Shown here: in pieces, positions 13,892-27,914 of the stretch | Numbering within the stretch: position 1 is the stretch's first letter | Layout: every line of letters starts with the position of its first letter | Assembly: GCF_000150275.1 (NCBI RefSeq) | Contig: NW_002060954.1 | Location: 930,001 to 994,000, forward strand | Source of the DNA: Trichoplax adhaerens | Lineage: Eukaryota; Animalia; Placozoa | DNA length: 64,000 nt | Direction of reading: 5' to 3' | The notes under the pieces: generated by a model | What the model was told of the DNA's origin: nothing | The model's input: only the letters and a program-made list of their open reading frames with translations | Database searches by the model: none | Position numbers and translations under genes: made by a program

Positions 13892-16800
13892 ATGTCATAT
13901 CAAAACAGTCTTTTTGGTAATTGTCCGTTGCTTATCCCGCAAAATGATGATCTCACTTGTTACGAAGGCTTTATAACAGTGCAGGTATGCCTGCTCAGAA
14001 TTCACAAAGAGCAATATTATAACTGCAATAAAACTGACTAAGGTAGACTAAAATAGTAGCAGTCATTTAAACTGTAGGATGCATATTATAATAATAAATT
14101 ACAACTACAGTAGATAATAATTTATTATCCAGTATCATATCATAGCTTCGTGTTATAATATGTTTACCATAATGGTCCGGTAAATATAATTATAGTATTC
14201 TGATCTTAATTTTGACTGCGCACGTATCTTGTTTTTTACCCTTCGACTACTTTAGGAATTCACTGCAGTACAGCTTAAACAGTGTAGCATTTATTTAGTA
14301 TAAAATAAATGCATGCATTATTATGTAGACGCTTATTGATCCTACAGGCATGTTCATATTCTTTGGCGATATCTATTAAAATGAATAAATCATTCGTACT
14401 GGAATTGAGCTAATTGCTTTAGCAGCTTGTTGTAAATCAATGCAGTTAGAGACACTTTTACTGTTGATTACAGTATATTATAGAATCTAATAAATATATC
14501 ATGAATATTGGAATTTTCGATATAATACTTCTCATATTTTTTCTCAAATCGTTAGGAGGATGAATTCAAAATGCGTATTGCATTACCAGAATCTGGGTTA
14601 CTATCCCAAGCGAAGTTAGTTTAATATATGGCTGTATTTTGTGTGTCCATATATTAGTATTAGCATGAACTGTTGGATTTGCAGATAATGCAGATATCAC
14701 GGTCTATTTTTTTCCCCAGAAGAGAACTTAGCTTCACTCGCTGCAATACCATTTTTAAATGTACAGTACGCTATCCCACTTATTGGATATACTGGAGCTC
14801 TACACTATAAATAATAGTATAATTTAAACTTTTCAAATATTTTACGGTGTTATTCCTAGCGGATCATTCCATGCATTTATAAATCAAATTTTGTGCCTGT
14901 AGCGAAACTGTTTCTAATTTCTGGCATGCACCTTGTAAATAAAACACTCTGCCCTGTTGTTCTTACAAATGTTGCTTACTAATTTCTAAAAATATATTTA
15001 TACGAGTATATATCCATATCATTAACTACATACAGAATTGAATGCGATTGGAAATTAAAGAACATTCTTTCCAACTATAAGCAAGTTATACAGCAAGTGA
15101 GTGGCGGCTATTTAACATTATATGAGTATAGATAATACCTTTTATACTATGCTGCATATTGTTTGAAAAGTAATGTAGTGATTTAATGAAAGATTCATAC
15201 AGCTAATGTGACTTACAATGCAAATAATAGTCTTCTTGAATTACATGATGACCTTGTTGATAAAAGTTATTAATTTAGCTTGCTGTTGGATCTTAATTGC
15301 AATAACTTAAAATTTGTGCTCCCTTTAGAAATTAGAAAAAGCGGCAAATCTTATTCAATTTATGAAAGAGTTTAAAAACTTATTAGAGGTTATTAGCTAA
15401 TTACTCTTACGCGTTAGCTTAACAGAAGATATAAGCTTAAATTCTTCAAATTTGATACATGAATTGAAACTGACTACGGATATCATATACTGTAATGTAT
15501 GTTGTAATAAATATTTTAGGAATCGTATAAAGTAAAACTTGGAACTACTTCTGGCATAGATGACGCATTTAGCCTTTCTTTCAAAGAGATTTTACCTCAA
15601 TTAGACGATATAGGATGGGAGAAGTTAGCACTGATTTTACGGCTATTACTCTTTATCCTTGCTGTAAAATACTTCATAGCTACAATTTAATTGAATTTAT
15701 TTAAAATCTTTGCATTAATTTGTTTAATTATAGTGTAGATAATATTGATGATTTATTTACTTCGATACGATTGGTAAAAAGGTAATCTTCTGTAGAACTA
15801 TGCTAAGTAGGCTGATAATAATTGTTATATAAATGTCATATGATTTCGAAATATATTTTAACTTTACTACCTTAATTAGTCGCTTATCATGTATAAAGTA
15901 TTTCTTCTAATTTAAGCTTCACAATTTCGATTGCTTTGCTTAGAGATTTAAAATCACGACATCACTACATAAATACTCGGTTTTTACAAGAAGAGGAGAT
16001 TTGTACGCCTGTTTTTACTACCGATTTACCTATCCCGTTACACTTACCAAAGGCAAAATATCAGGTAACAGCTCCTTTATATACAGTACATTCTTTCTTA
16101 GCGTTTACTGATGTCCTATACTAGTTTCGTTAAGGAAATCTTAAATAACCTAAAAGTTCGCATTGTAAAAATAGTTAAATAAAATTAATAAACTTTATTG
16201 TACTCGAATACGTTGATTATGATGAAACTACTGCATAATTATTGGAAATATTTTATTATACGATTAATCCAATTACCTTATTTTTATATGCATAACTATT
16301 ATATTATGATTCAAAACTATATCTACTTGAAATAATGAAATATTTTTAAAATATGCAGAGTCTGAAATTCTCGATAAAAGAAAGCTATCATTATTTTTGC
16401 GAAGTAAGGATTACATTCCAAGAAAGCTGGTTTTGCAACTGAATATACTAAATATATTATTGTAATTGTTAAATAAGTATATTGTTACCCGAGCACTCTT
16501 AGCATGTATTCAAATATGTACTAATACCATCGATTCACTTCTAGGCAATTGAACTTTGTCAAGCATTCTTTGATGTCATGGATGAAATAGATAAAAATAC
16601 GTGGGTTTTAGAGCCACAAAAAGCGTCGCGTGCGAGCAAAGAACGTAGATTTTGCTTAGGTAGATATCATAATTTTGTTGAGCTATAGTCTCATTCTACG
16701 ACACCGAGAAGGGTTGTAGCTGTCCAGTCATCATGTAACACTAAGAAATATGAACTATGCTAATTAACCTTCATCAGGTAAAAATATATCTGTTCAAATT

Positions 16801-17765
16801 GATGTAAACCCGTACTATCCATCAACTATTCCTCAGTATCGATTTTTTGGAACAGATCATAGTAAGCTAGCTTCACAATTACATTAAAATAATGCAGAAT
16901 ATGATACACGATGATTTTCGATTCTTATTAATTATAATTTTTTTTTATTGTTTTTATTGTAATACAGATGTTTCTTTATTGAAGCAAAAATTGAATAATA
17001 ACTTACAGTTATGGTTAGATAGCATCGTTATCAATAATAGCGACTTTTTTGTATTATAAGTAACATTTGTAATATTATCTTTATTTTTAACAAGGAATGA
17101 AAGGAAATCATTATTGACTAACTTGCAAAAAATTTTAGAAATCTCAATTCCGTCTCCTACAAATAGTCAGAAAGAAGTATGTAGATTATGTAAATGAAAA
17201 TTCGTATATCTTGTATAACGCGTACAATATACAGCACTACACTATGCTTTCAAGAATAACACCATTATTCTTGAAACTTTCTTTTAAAAATATAAACAGG
17301 AGTTTATTACACCCTGTGGGATCTGCTGTGGATATCGCCTTAATGCGACACTGCCTGATAAAGTTTGCGATTATTCTTTGTGTGAAAAACAATTTCATTC
17401 GTTGTGCTTATTAGAGGTAATAACTTTCAACCAGAAATTGGAGTTGTGTCTTGTTAATTTTATGGGATAGAAATTTTAATATATCTATATTTGATATATT
17501 TCATGCTAATTAAATACCTTTTAGTGGTTGAAAACGTTGCCTTCATCCCGTACTAGCTTCAGTGTAATTCATGGACAATGTCCATATTGTAAAAAGGTAA
17601 GTTATCAAATTATAACTCTTCTCACATTTCCAGAATGCTTATCATCAACTACAAAGTGTGTCTCATGTGGTAATATACTGTGTACTGGCTTAGCTTAAGT
17701 CATCTCTAATCTATCGAACTATTGCTTTATCCTAGCCACTTTCAATGGAATTGAATTTTAAGTGA
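13892..17765 (+). CDS. FANCL: E3 ubiquitin ligase FANCL, about 14 small exons
   Basis: Exon 1 (13892-13984) reads MSYQNSLFGNCPLLIPQNDDLTCYEGFITVQ. Internal FFDVMDEIDKNTWVLEPQKASRASKERRFCLG. C-terminal RING CGICCGYRLNATLPDKVCDYSLCEKQFHSLCLLEWLKTLPSSRTSFSVIHGQCPYC, stop at 17763-17765. Confidence 0.92.
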
Positions 17766-18504
17766 CCTCATCTCAATTTATTTAAATTTCGCTACCGCTA
17801 AAATTCTTTATCAAACGAAATATTGGTTCTCCTAATTATAATCAGCCGCTAAACCATTACAAACTGGGGTCTAATTGTGGATATGAATTCTGCGACGTTA
17901 ATGGCTTACTAGGAATTGGAATGGTGTATAAGATACAACAGCATTAAATACCATTAAATGTATGCGATGTTTTCATCTCAGCAAATGTTATTAGAGTATC
18001 ATTCCGCAAGATATAATGTAGATACAATATTCTTTTTATGTACCGTATCATACGTACAATATGTAACGTAATAAATTTAATTAATTAATGTTATAAAAAT
18101 GTTGATATTTGTGACATGTTGATACTGTATATTGGTAATGAACTGGAAATCTTATATTGACGTGTGAGTTTCTACAATCTAAGTATAGTACGAAGGTCTA
18201 GCTTAATATTAAAATCCCTGAAATAATGTACTGTAATGAATATTGATAGACATACAAACTATGCAATACCGAATGATGTGGAACCAGTTCCTCATTTAAT
18301 CAAAGATAGTATCGATATGCTGTACAAAAAATTTATTTTTCGTAATTACGTTAAATTAGTCATTTTCCGATTATAATCACTTTCACTGTGATTACATGAT
18401 ACGATGATATCAGCAGGGAAAGAATCGTTGCATTAAATAGAATTATAATAAAGAATATATAATATCTCAATGTAGTATATAAAGCTGTGAATCATGCGTA
18501 AATT

Positions 18505-20376
18505 TCAGCTAGATGATGAATCGTAATCATCCTCATCAACTATTCGATTAGTATTGACAAATAAATCGTCGTCTGATGCGCTTTCTGATGCATCTTTATC
18601 TAAATCTTCATCTAAATCTTCATGTGTCTTAGCGCTGTTCTCGCGATGCATAGATGCATTATTCGTAACGAATTCTTCAGGCCTATTACAAGCAGTTTAA
18701 TTCGTACTTATTAGAACTGTTATCTTTCTATGCACGACCTACCGGTTACGATATTGTTAATATAACTCAGAACAAGAAGGAAACTGACCACAAGTTTTCC
18801 TCTTTAAGACTTTTAATTTGATCTGCATTAAGCACCGATGAAATTTCAGCTCTAACTTTATTGCCTTCCTCAATTGGATCTACAATTACGTAATCGCCTG
18901 TATAGCAAGAATAGGATAAACATAATTTAAAATATTTAATACTAACGTTATTTTAATTTATATGCGATATTCAATTCTGATTTACAATCCATAATTCTAT
19001 CTATGAATTGTACTGTATGATCATTGAGTGTAAAGGTTGCAATTATAGCTCTATCTACAGTTAAGTAAATCGTAAATTAACATAAAACTACGGCTTAGTT
19101 TACCTCGTTTAATCCAAATCACCCGGCGAAATTTGGATGGCATACTGCTTAAAAAGGTTTCACCAGATGCTGTAACCACCTCATGTAAATTGTTACCTCT
19201 ACTAGCTACAATCTGGTAGATAAAAAATAATATTTTTTCACTTTGTGCCTTGTATCTGGTTATGAAATATACTGCACTGCATTTACACTACATGATACTC
19301 GTATACTGTGAACTACTGTACTAGAAGAGTACTATTATTCTTCTAGTAGTCCAGGCCAGCATATTTGGGAATTTGCTAATAATATTTTAGACGTGGAATA
19401 CGGATCAGAGCTGCGTAATAATATTATTATACCCCTATTAAAGTATGAGTACATCGAGAATCAAATGATATCTATGACAATTTGACGCTTTTCTAACTTG
19501 TATCTAATTCAAATAATTAAAGTGAATAATTGGATGCAGTGATCACTAAACAATTTAATTGAATATGCTATCTTTATGCTAAGCGCGACAAATAATACTG
19601 TACTGTACGCGTATGCGATATATTGTAGTGTACCATAGTACGAGCGCTATAAAGCATTGCAAAAGTACTTATTTTTATCTACAGGTCTACTGTATATCTT
19701 GAACTAGTATTTCGTTCTAATGTAAATTTTCAGCGTACCTTAAAAATAAGTAACGATTAGCAACCCTTTGAGACAGAATTTGAATAATCTTATATAGTGT
19801 ATGAATTCTTCGCAAATATAGAACAGTAGTTACAGTACTTTTCTGAAGTGAATAAGAGTGCGGGATCATGATTGATTCCTAATTCGTATTTTGGCAATTC
19901 TATCAATTGAAATCATAGCACTACACCACTACAGTACTGGGATAATGATATGTTGACTAATTTAGGTTCTGCATTATACACTAATTAGTATGGGGCATAT
20001 GATACAGTACACTGACTATCTTGAAACGAATTTCTACAATATTTACTATATTGATCCCTAACGTGTACATGCGTATTCACTAGTAGTAAATAAAACTCTT
20101 GATTAATTTACATGATAATTTTTACACCAATCACGACTACCTAATTTTTTACCTTACTTATTAGTCAAGAATCTCATGTCTCATAAGTTAACTTATAATA
20201 CACGTATACATACTACATATCGAGAGATATAATTAACAAAATTCTTTCTGCTCATTGTATATATATATGTCATATATATCAATAATCACCTTAACGATCT
20301 GTTGTGACTCCGCTAGGGAAACATCACCAGTCAGTAATTCTTGTCGCACATATTTCTTCTTAGTAGCCTTCGACAT
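18505..20376 (-). CDS. EIF1AD: Probable RNA-binding protein EIF1AD (eIF1A domain)
   Basis: Approximate exons 20290-20376, 19104-19212, 18789-18897, 18505-18682. Peptides [61 protein letters not shown] and [10 protein letters not shown]. Confidence 0.92.
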
Positions 20377-20584
20377 TGCTAGAGGTATCCACAAATATGC
20401 AGTACTGTATCAGACATTGAAGAATAATAATTTTCTTTTATAGAAACTTACAGATGTATAAGTTGAATTTTGAATGGATAAAACAAGTTATTAACGCATA
20501 TTCTTCGCCATCAGAAATGGTGCACGATTTGCAGGTGCGGTATGGTAATTAATCAGAGAACTGATGAGCCACCGTAATTTCCAT

Positions 20585-21305
20585 ACAGAGTACTGTACAC
20601 TACTGTACCCAGTAAGAGAGTTGTCAGTAAGAAGTCGGTTCGGTCCGGTTCAGGACTTCAACAGCACTGTCTGTACTGTACTAGTAGAGTACAGTACTGT
20701 AGTGTGTACTGTACAGTACAGTACTGTACTTGTACAGTGTACAGTACAGTACAGTACTGAATCCTTTCCGGTAATGGTAAGTACAGTACAGTACTGTACA
20801 GTACTGTACTGTACTGTACTGTACTGTACAGTACATGTACTGTACTGTACTGTACTGTACTGTACAGTACATGTACTGTACTGTACAGTGTACAGTATAC
20901 AGTATTGTACTGTACACTACTGTACTCGTGTACAGTATGTACTGTACTGTACCCATAAGAGCGCTGTCAGAAAGAAAAGCGATTTGATTCGGTACGGTTC
21001 GGTTCAGGACTTCAACAGCGCTGCACGTCTGTACTGTACAGTAGAGTGTACAGTATTGTACATGTATGTAGTGTACTGTAGCTACGGTACAGTGTACTGT
21101 ACAGTACTCAATCGTTCCCGGTAATGGTCAGCCCAGTACTGTACTGTACAGTACAGTACAGTACACAAGTACAGTACAGTATTTTGGATTTTTTTAAATA
21201 CTGTACTGTAAACGGATCGGATTTGATTGGGAGTGACTGTACAGTACTAACGACGAAGCTGTACAGTGTACAGTACACTACCGTTTAGTACTGTACACTG
21301 TCAAA
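20585..21305. repeat. Densest TACAG/CTGTA pentamer array, embedded in a diverged ~354-bp tandem duplication
   Basis: Long (gtact)n and (tacag)n runs. ggttcaggacttcaacagc occurs at 20647 and 21001, and ccggtaatggt at about 20768 and 21118. Confidence 0.9.
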
Positions 21306-21596
21306 TAAATTCAATATTAACGACTCCGGTGATATTTGAAATTTATTTTACTGTTGGCGCGATTAAGCTACTGTACCGTACAGATTAGACGTCATCTCTA
21401 ACGGACGACAAGAAGAATATAACAGGTAAGAAAAAGCATGGCTAAAGACTGGTAAAAATGAACTATAATTTAATATTCTTTTACAGCTACTGATGCTATT
21501 TGAATTACCCGACTTAGACTTTGTATCGGTAGCAGGATGTGGAAGCTGATCTTTTGTAACATTTTCCTCTTCTAATCATTAGGCAGCATTGTCAAG

Positions 21597-21869
21597 ATGA
21601 GTTCAACCAGTGTCAAGCACCAAAATTTTATTTCCGAACCAATGGGTGACAAACCTGTTACGGAACTTGCAGGAATTGGTGATGCTCTAGGCAGTAAACT
21701 TCATGAAATAGGCTTCGATAAAGCTTATGTCGTCCTCGGCCAATTCTTATTATTAAAGAAGGACGAAGAATTATTTATGGAGTGGCTAAAAGATACTATC
21801 GACGCGAACAAAAAACAAGGCGGAGACTGCGTACAGTGTTTAGTGGAATGGTGTGATGCATTTCTGTAA
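21597..21869 (+). CDS. BANF1: Barrier-to-autointegration factor, 90 aa, single coding exon
   Basis: [28 protein letters not shown]...[28 protein letters not shown]...EWCDAFL is a typical BAF sequence. Likely 5'UTR intron 21426-21582. Confidence 0.97.
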   Translation: MSSTSVKHQNFISEPMGDKPVTELAGIGDALGSKLHEIGFDKAYVVLGQFLLLKKDEELFMEWLKDTIDANKKQGGDCVQCLVEWCDAFL

Positions 21870-23480
21870 TAACCCTTCCATGCCGAGGTAACTAGCTACA
21901 GTATTATAAGTAAGTAATCATAATTATCAGAGGTATCTAGAATCGCTGCTTTCGTTTTAATACCAATAATACAATACAATTGAATACAAGATACTGTACC
22001 TGATAAAATGTTGCAAAAATCCCAACAATTATACTTCAATAGATTGACTAGCTTCATTAATTTTTGTAATTTTATTAATTTGAATGCACAGTATCTAAAA
22101 ATTGATCTTCTGTAGTTGATATCACATAGTAATTATGACTGTGTACACCAGAGGTAAAAAAAACCCTAAACTATCTATCGAATACTACGTCATGCTAAGA
22201 ATTGACTTTCTTATATTCCCTAGGAAACTGCAAAACCTAGCAACAATCGCGTTTTACAACTAGATTCCAATTGGTTTTCATAACTGCCTTAATTAACCAC
22301 TTAATGTTATCGTGATAATGTATTAAATGAGCTATGGTTATATTTTAACGATGTAAACGAAGGTTTAATGGTCTGGGTCACAGTTAATCAATCACTCGTG
22401 AATGTATGCGATATTGAAAAATGATGACGCTGCGTTAGTTAACTTTATAAGAACATTTGATGGTTTCAATCTGTGACTTCCTTGTCTGACTATAGGACAC
22501 GTAATACGTTTTCTTGTGCTACCATTTCTTTGATTGAACACTTTTCATACTTTACGGGTGTGTTGAAACACGAGTACAATATACGTAGCAGTTTGAGATT
22601 GCAATAGCGTTCTATTAGTTTTCACCTATAGTACCTACGATTATATTATTATAAATACGTATTTTAGCTTTCTTGTATGGGTCTCAACTTGTATTGGAAT
22701 AAAAACTTTTAAAATCTTTTTGACAAAATTGATTTTAAATTACTTTGTTGTAGTGTAGGTACTATTGCTATTCCGATGTATGTTAAAGAACGAATGATTA
22801 ACCTATTAAAATTGTTACCTGAATTTTTAATAATAATATAGTATAAAGTAGCACCGTTACGGCAAAAAGACGTACGAAAGATTTTCGGAAGTAGAGTACT
22901 ATGTTGTACCATAATTTTAAATCAAATTTAAAACTCCAATTTAAACCGTACGATTTTTATTATCCTACCACAATTTAAAGGTAATATGGAAAGAAAATAT
23001 ATGTAAAGATGTTACCGATATTATCAATTTAGTCAAGGCGATTGAAAGAAGTTTTTACAAACAGCTGTTCATTGCATAATTCAAAGTTAGAAGCTCTTAA
23101 TGACAGCGTATTAATTAATTGATAAACAATCATTTTTTATAAGTAAAAATGGTATCCATTAACACCTAGCTAAAGAAAAGTCGTTTAGTAATGTAATGAT
23201 TCCGTTCTAGCTTCTAGATCAAATTGTTCATACGTTCGGTAATTACTAATACTCTTAGAATGAATGTGCATTAACAACGTAAATTGTTATATTATCGCAT
23301 ATACAGTATTATATACGAACAATATATATAAGTATATACAGCGCAGTGTGCGTCAGTTCTACTTTCTGTAGGCATCAGACAGAGATCAATGACCAGAAAT
23401 AAATTCTAAAAAATATCCAGGGAGGTAGCCTACCATATCTCGGAGAAGATGAAAGAAGCATATATTCAATTTTGATTGCC

Positions 23481-26400
23481 TCAGTGTGAAAGAATAAATT
23501 TTCCATTCTGAAGTTGTCTTATATAAACCCTTATTTTACTACCGTCTTCTTTCCCAAGCCAGACTTCGCTAGTGTTAATTGAGCAAATGATAGCTCTAAT
23601 ATGATGATGAGGTATAATTAAAAATTAATAACAGACATTAATTACAGAGTTTTACGCTAATAATCAATCGTTTGTAAAAAGCAAGGATCTGCAAATAACC
23701 TGATTTTAGTTCTTTTGTCGTCTAATGTTACCTGTCCACCTTTAAGTAACCTGATTAAATAGATGTAAAAAGAGTCAGGAAATACTGTTCAAATGGTACA
23801 CGTCTCAAACATAAGAACACTGATACTTAAGTAGCAGTTAACAATTAAGTTACATAATAAAAATAGCAATCATTCCAGCAACAAACCATTTAACTAAATA
23901 TAATAAGTACACAGTTAAATTTTATTATTTTCGCTATTGGGTGGGACTGTGGTGCGATAATGAATCGGTACTTTGGGATAAGATGAATAGACTTACGTCT
24001 GCCCTTCATAAATTAATTTACCATCTTCGAATCTGGCATTATAACGATGATCATCACCATGGTAAGAATCTAATATCAAATAACTGATTTAATATTGTGG
24101 GCGTATCGTGTAATGTGCATGATACGATATTACTGTAAATTACTGTAATATTCTAATATCATCATAATTTTAGAATTAAAATCACAAAAAGCTTACGATC
24201 AGATCTTCTTCTGGCAGCGATTCCCCTTGCCTATAAAACAGAATATTTTGAATAATTAATTGGATATTTAAATAATGAAAGAATGATATTCCGAGAGCTA
24301 ATTATCTATAATAAATTTAAGATTTACTTTTCGTAAAGTCGTCCAATCCTCTAGAATATCGACTTCACGCAGCATATAGACAATATAAGGACTTGAGATT
24401 TGTTAAAGAAGATACTTAGAAATGACAGTAATATTTTCATATATCGTTAAAGAATTCGGTAAATAGCAACAACTCAAAGCATAGAAGTGAATGAGGATAT
24501 CAGACACAGTTACAGGTTTCTTGCGCTTCTGTGGGTACAACAATCCATCAGTGCTATCACGTTTGCGACTTCCTTTCATTGAGGTATTATCAGAACTTTT
24601 ATACCAGAGTTCTGCAAAAGATGCCATAAAAAGGTATGATATTATTCTACAGAGCAAGGTAAATCTGCCAATAAGATGTAATGGCAAAATAAAATTACAA
24701 ACGCTCCTTACCTGATGACAAATCAACACAGTTGCGATCTTCTTCAAGTTTACGAACTTTTTCTTCATATTCAGCGCACATTGACTCTAACAATGCTCTT
24801 TTTTCGCTCTATTTATAAATCAAACAAATCAAGTAGAATAGTAACTGATTATTAATAAAGTAATTACTGTTATTACTGTCTGATCTAGTGTAAAATGTCG
24901 ATAAAATGTAAAGTACGTTAGCAATGTGGTATACTGCTCCATGATTAATTAGAATTCTTAACTATTAACCTCAAAATGTTGCTGTGAAGCGATTTTTTCA
25001 GCTTCGAATATGGTTGTTATAATTTGAGCCTATAACAAAGATTAGAGTTTTACTACGTAAGAATTTACCAATTGCGTAGGATCTTATTTGCAATATTTAA
25101 ATAACATACCTTACAGTCTCTAATTAATTCTAAATGATTACGTAAATAAAATAATTAATAGATTGAATAAAGATCGATAATATCACTTGAAACATTGCAT
25201 CGCTTACCAGACACACTGTTACGCTTTTTACAATGATCCTCGATTTCCGCTCTAGATGCAATATACTCTTCCGCGGTTTCTAATTAAGGGTTAAGTTATA
25301 GTTGTTATAATTACTGAAAGAGCTTAATATGATATAGGTTATACTACACAGACATCATCTTGAATTCTATACAAAGACAATTTCAGCATTGATACTAGTT
25401 GAAACAAGGTACTACAGTAATTTTTTTATTTCAACTAGACTATCTACCCAATGGATAGTGACATAATATATGGCTGCTTGCAAGCAAATGTATATTAATA
25501 CGGATAAATAAGTTACAAGATTTATAGCACTGCACAAAAATTACTTGGTCGAGGCATAATCTGGAGTTACTAAGGGGTTTACGGACAAATTTTTGCCTAG
25601 CATCTACTTAAAGTATAATCCGATCGTTTTAGGCTTTCGTAGGAGTTCTTAGTATCATTGACGTAGCTTAAATTGCAGCATAAATGCAAACAAATGTAGC
25701 AGCGCATTTCTCAGGATTGTATAAAAATAATAATAAATGATTGATTGTTCGCTACAGTATAGGCCAGGGCCCTAACTTTCACTGAGTAAATTAAGAAGGA
25801 TATTCTTGACAATAAACACGCATATTTCACTACTACATAATGATGTCAGCAACACAATAGGTCATTTGTCTAGCATCTTCAGATTAGCTACTGATTTACT
25901 CTACGAGATATATCAAAGAAATTCACACCTTTAGAAGGAGTAAAAATTGTCTGTATACAAAGTACAGCAATATTAGTATAACTTTTAAAATTAATAACTA
26001 TCATTGTAAGTAGTCGAATACAGACAGAATCCTGCTAATTAATATGAAATGGAATATCAATTATTTACGCAAGTACCATATCGATTTTATAGAATATTAC
26101 AGTAAATTCATAGTAATTCACGATTTTTGGAGTGTTTTCAACTTGCATATTTTAATACAAATTTTGTGAGGTACTCTACAGTTGGCACTATAAAGAATGA
26201 TACCGTGGGTAAGGAAGTGAAGGTAGTCCATACTACATCATTAAACCGCAATATACTATATATCCAGAAGCGATGCATAGACTCGGAAAAATCCGCGTAT
26301 TTTGAAGATTAAATCCCATTTATTTCAGAACGTAGCTTTCTCGATTTTATATCTGTGGTTCGGATAAATACTGTATAGTAAATGATAGTATACAACCTTT

Positions 26401-27793
26401 ACCTCTTGTGCACGCGCACGTATATTAATTACTCCGAATCTATTATGCAAAAGTGTAAGCGTAAATAATTGCAGCTTATTGAAATAACGCAGCCACTGCG
26501 TTCAAGAGGCAATGAGTACTGTATATAGTATACATTAAGGCAGAAGGGTAACAGCAGCATGTATACTACAAGAAATAGGTAATTTTAGAGGTTGTACAAC
26601 AAATATTATACACGTACGCGCATATGGGGTATGTGTATAAATATCTGTAATGCATGCAACTGTCGTGAGCAGATAGATTACTGCCAAATATCTAATGAAA
26701 GTGGACGAGATTGTTACGAATACTACACTTTTCAATCTGTGATCTGTAGTTTAGTCTACTGGAATTCACTGGTAGTAGGCTATATCATTTAACATTGCGA
26801 TTAGCTAAGTAAAAAAATGTAGAATTGTACCGTTTTTGATTTCCTCCGCTTTCTGATTCAATTCATTTAATCTTTCTTGAAAGAATCTATAAGATGATGA
26901 AAGATAATTTATGTTAGTTATGACAGACTGTCCAAAAAAAATATCTTACCCGATAGGACGATTGCATTTCAAAAATTAAATGACGCAACACAGTAATCAT
27001 ATCTAGCTGAAAACAACTGCAGCAAAGTGTGAAGAATAATCCTAAATAATCATGGTAGCGGTTGGAGAATTATTTCTAAATATGATACAGTATCGTATAT
27101 CAATATCGTAGTTGCGATAACTATCTGATCACAATCAAAATAAATATGTTTCATAATTAAGTACTGCAATTGTATAAAATATACCTGTCCTTGATCTCGA
27201 TAAATTTTTTTTCTAAAACCGACATATCTTGTAAGCATTCATCCTTTCTTCTTTCATTAGCTTCTTCATCGACTGAAAGAGAATGTAACAAACCGTGTGA
27301 CATAGTATGGCAAACCTTAACCACACATCTCATGGTATTTTATAAAAGCAATTATTATTTACTGCATTTTTAAATTTAATAGTAGATGGGTTGTTATTTG
27401 AAGTGTACTGCGATAGATCAATATTGTAAGTCAAAATCTGTAATCAGCATCTTGTTCAAGCCCTTATTGCTACAACTACTGGAATGAAATTATACAATCT
27501 ATGGTTAAAATGAATCATGTAAAGATGTAGTAATACAAAATGTCGTATCATGTCTACAGCTTGTATCTCAAAGCTCAACTAAGACGTACTGTCCCTAGAA
27601 TAGTACGTTAGTTCAAGTCTTGCACTTTACCTTGATCATCGCTATCCTCAGTTTCGGCTTCTTCATCTTCATCCCCTTCTTCATCTTCTTCGCATTCTTC
27701 TTCCTCCTGTACTACTTTCTTTTCGTCTTTAAGATTCTTCTCGCTAGTATCCGTAGAATTAGCAGTAGTTTTATTTTGTAAAGACGGCATCAT
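23481..27793 (-). CDS. BRMS1L: BRMS1/BRMS1L family Sin3-HDAC complex subunit (Sds3 domain)
   Basis: Acidic N-terminus (27631-27793), [37 protein letters not shown]|[17 protein letters not shown] and C-terminal [17 protein letters not shown]. Probably the pro-ortholog of both BRMS1 and BRMS1L. Confidence 0.85.
24393..24500 (-). other. U12-type (minor spliceosome) intron with AT-AA termini
   Basis: On the minus strand the 5' end is ATATCCTCA and the branch site TTCTTTAAC (24402-24410) lies about 10 nt from the 3' end CAA. Splicing at these ends restores TVS-G-PYIVYML. Confidence 0.85.
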
Positions 27794-27914
27794 GCGTCTA
27801 ATTCCGATCTAACGATGCTAATAATTTGGCTGCTCTGCTATTTGCTCAATCTTTTTCCTGCTTCTGCGTCGGTATAAATGTTAAAAACATTTGTTATTGC
27901 AGTGCATAACGTCT

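Noticed and set aside
20564-21124. ORFs rich in YCTV/STVQ repeats (also at 27894-28314, 39503-41298, 42738-42999 and 54960-55850)
   Set aside because: These are translations of the stop-poor pentamer repeat on both strands, not proteins.
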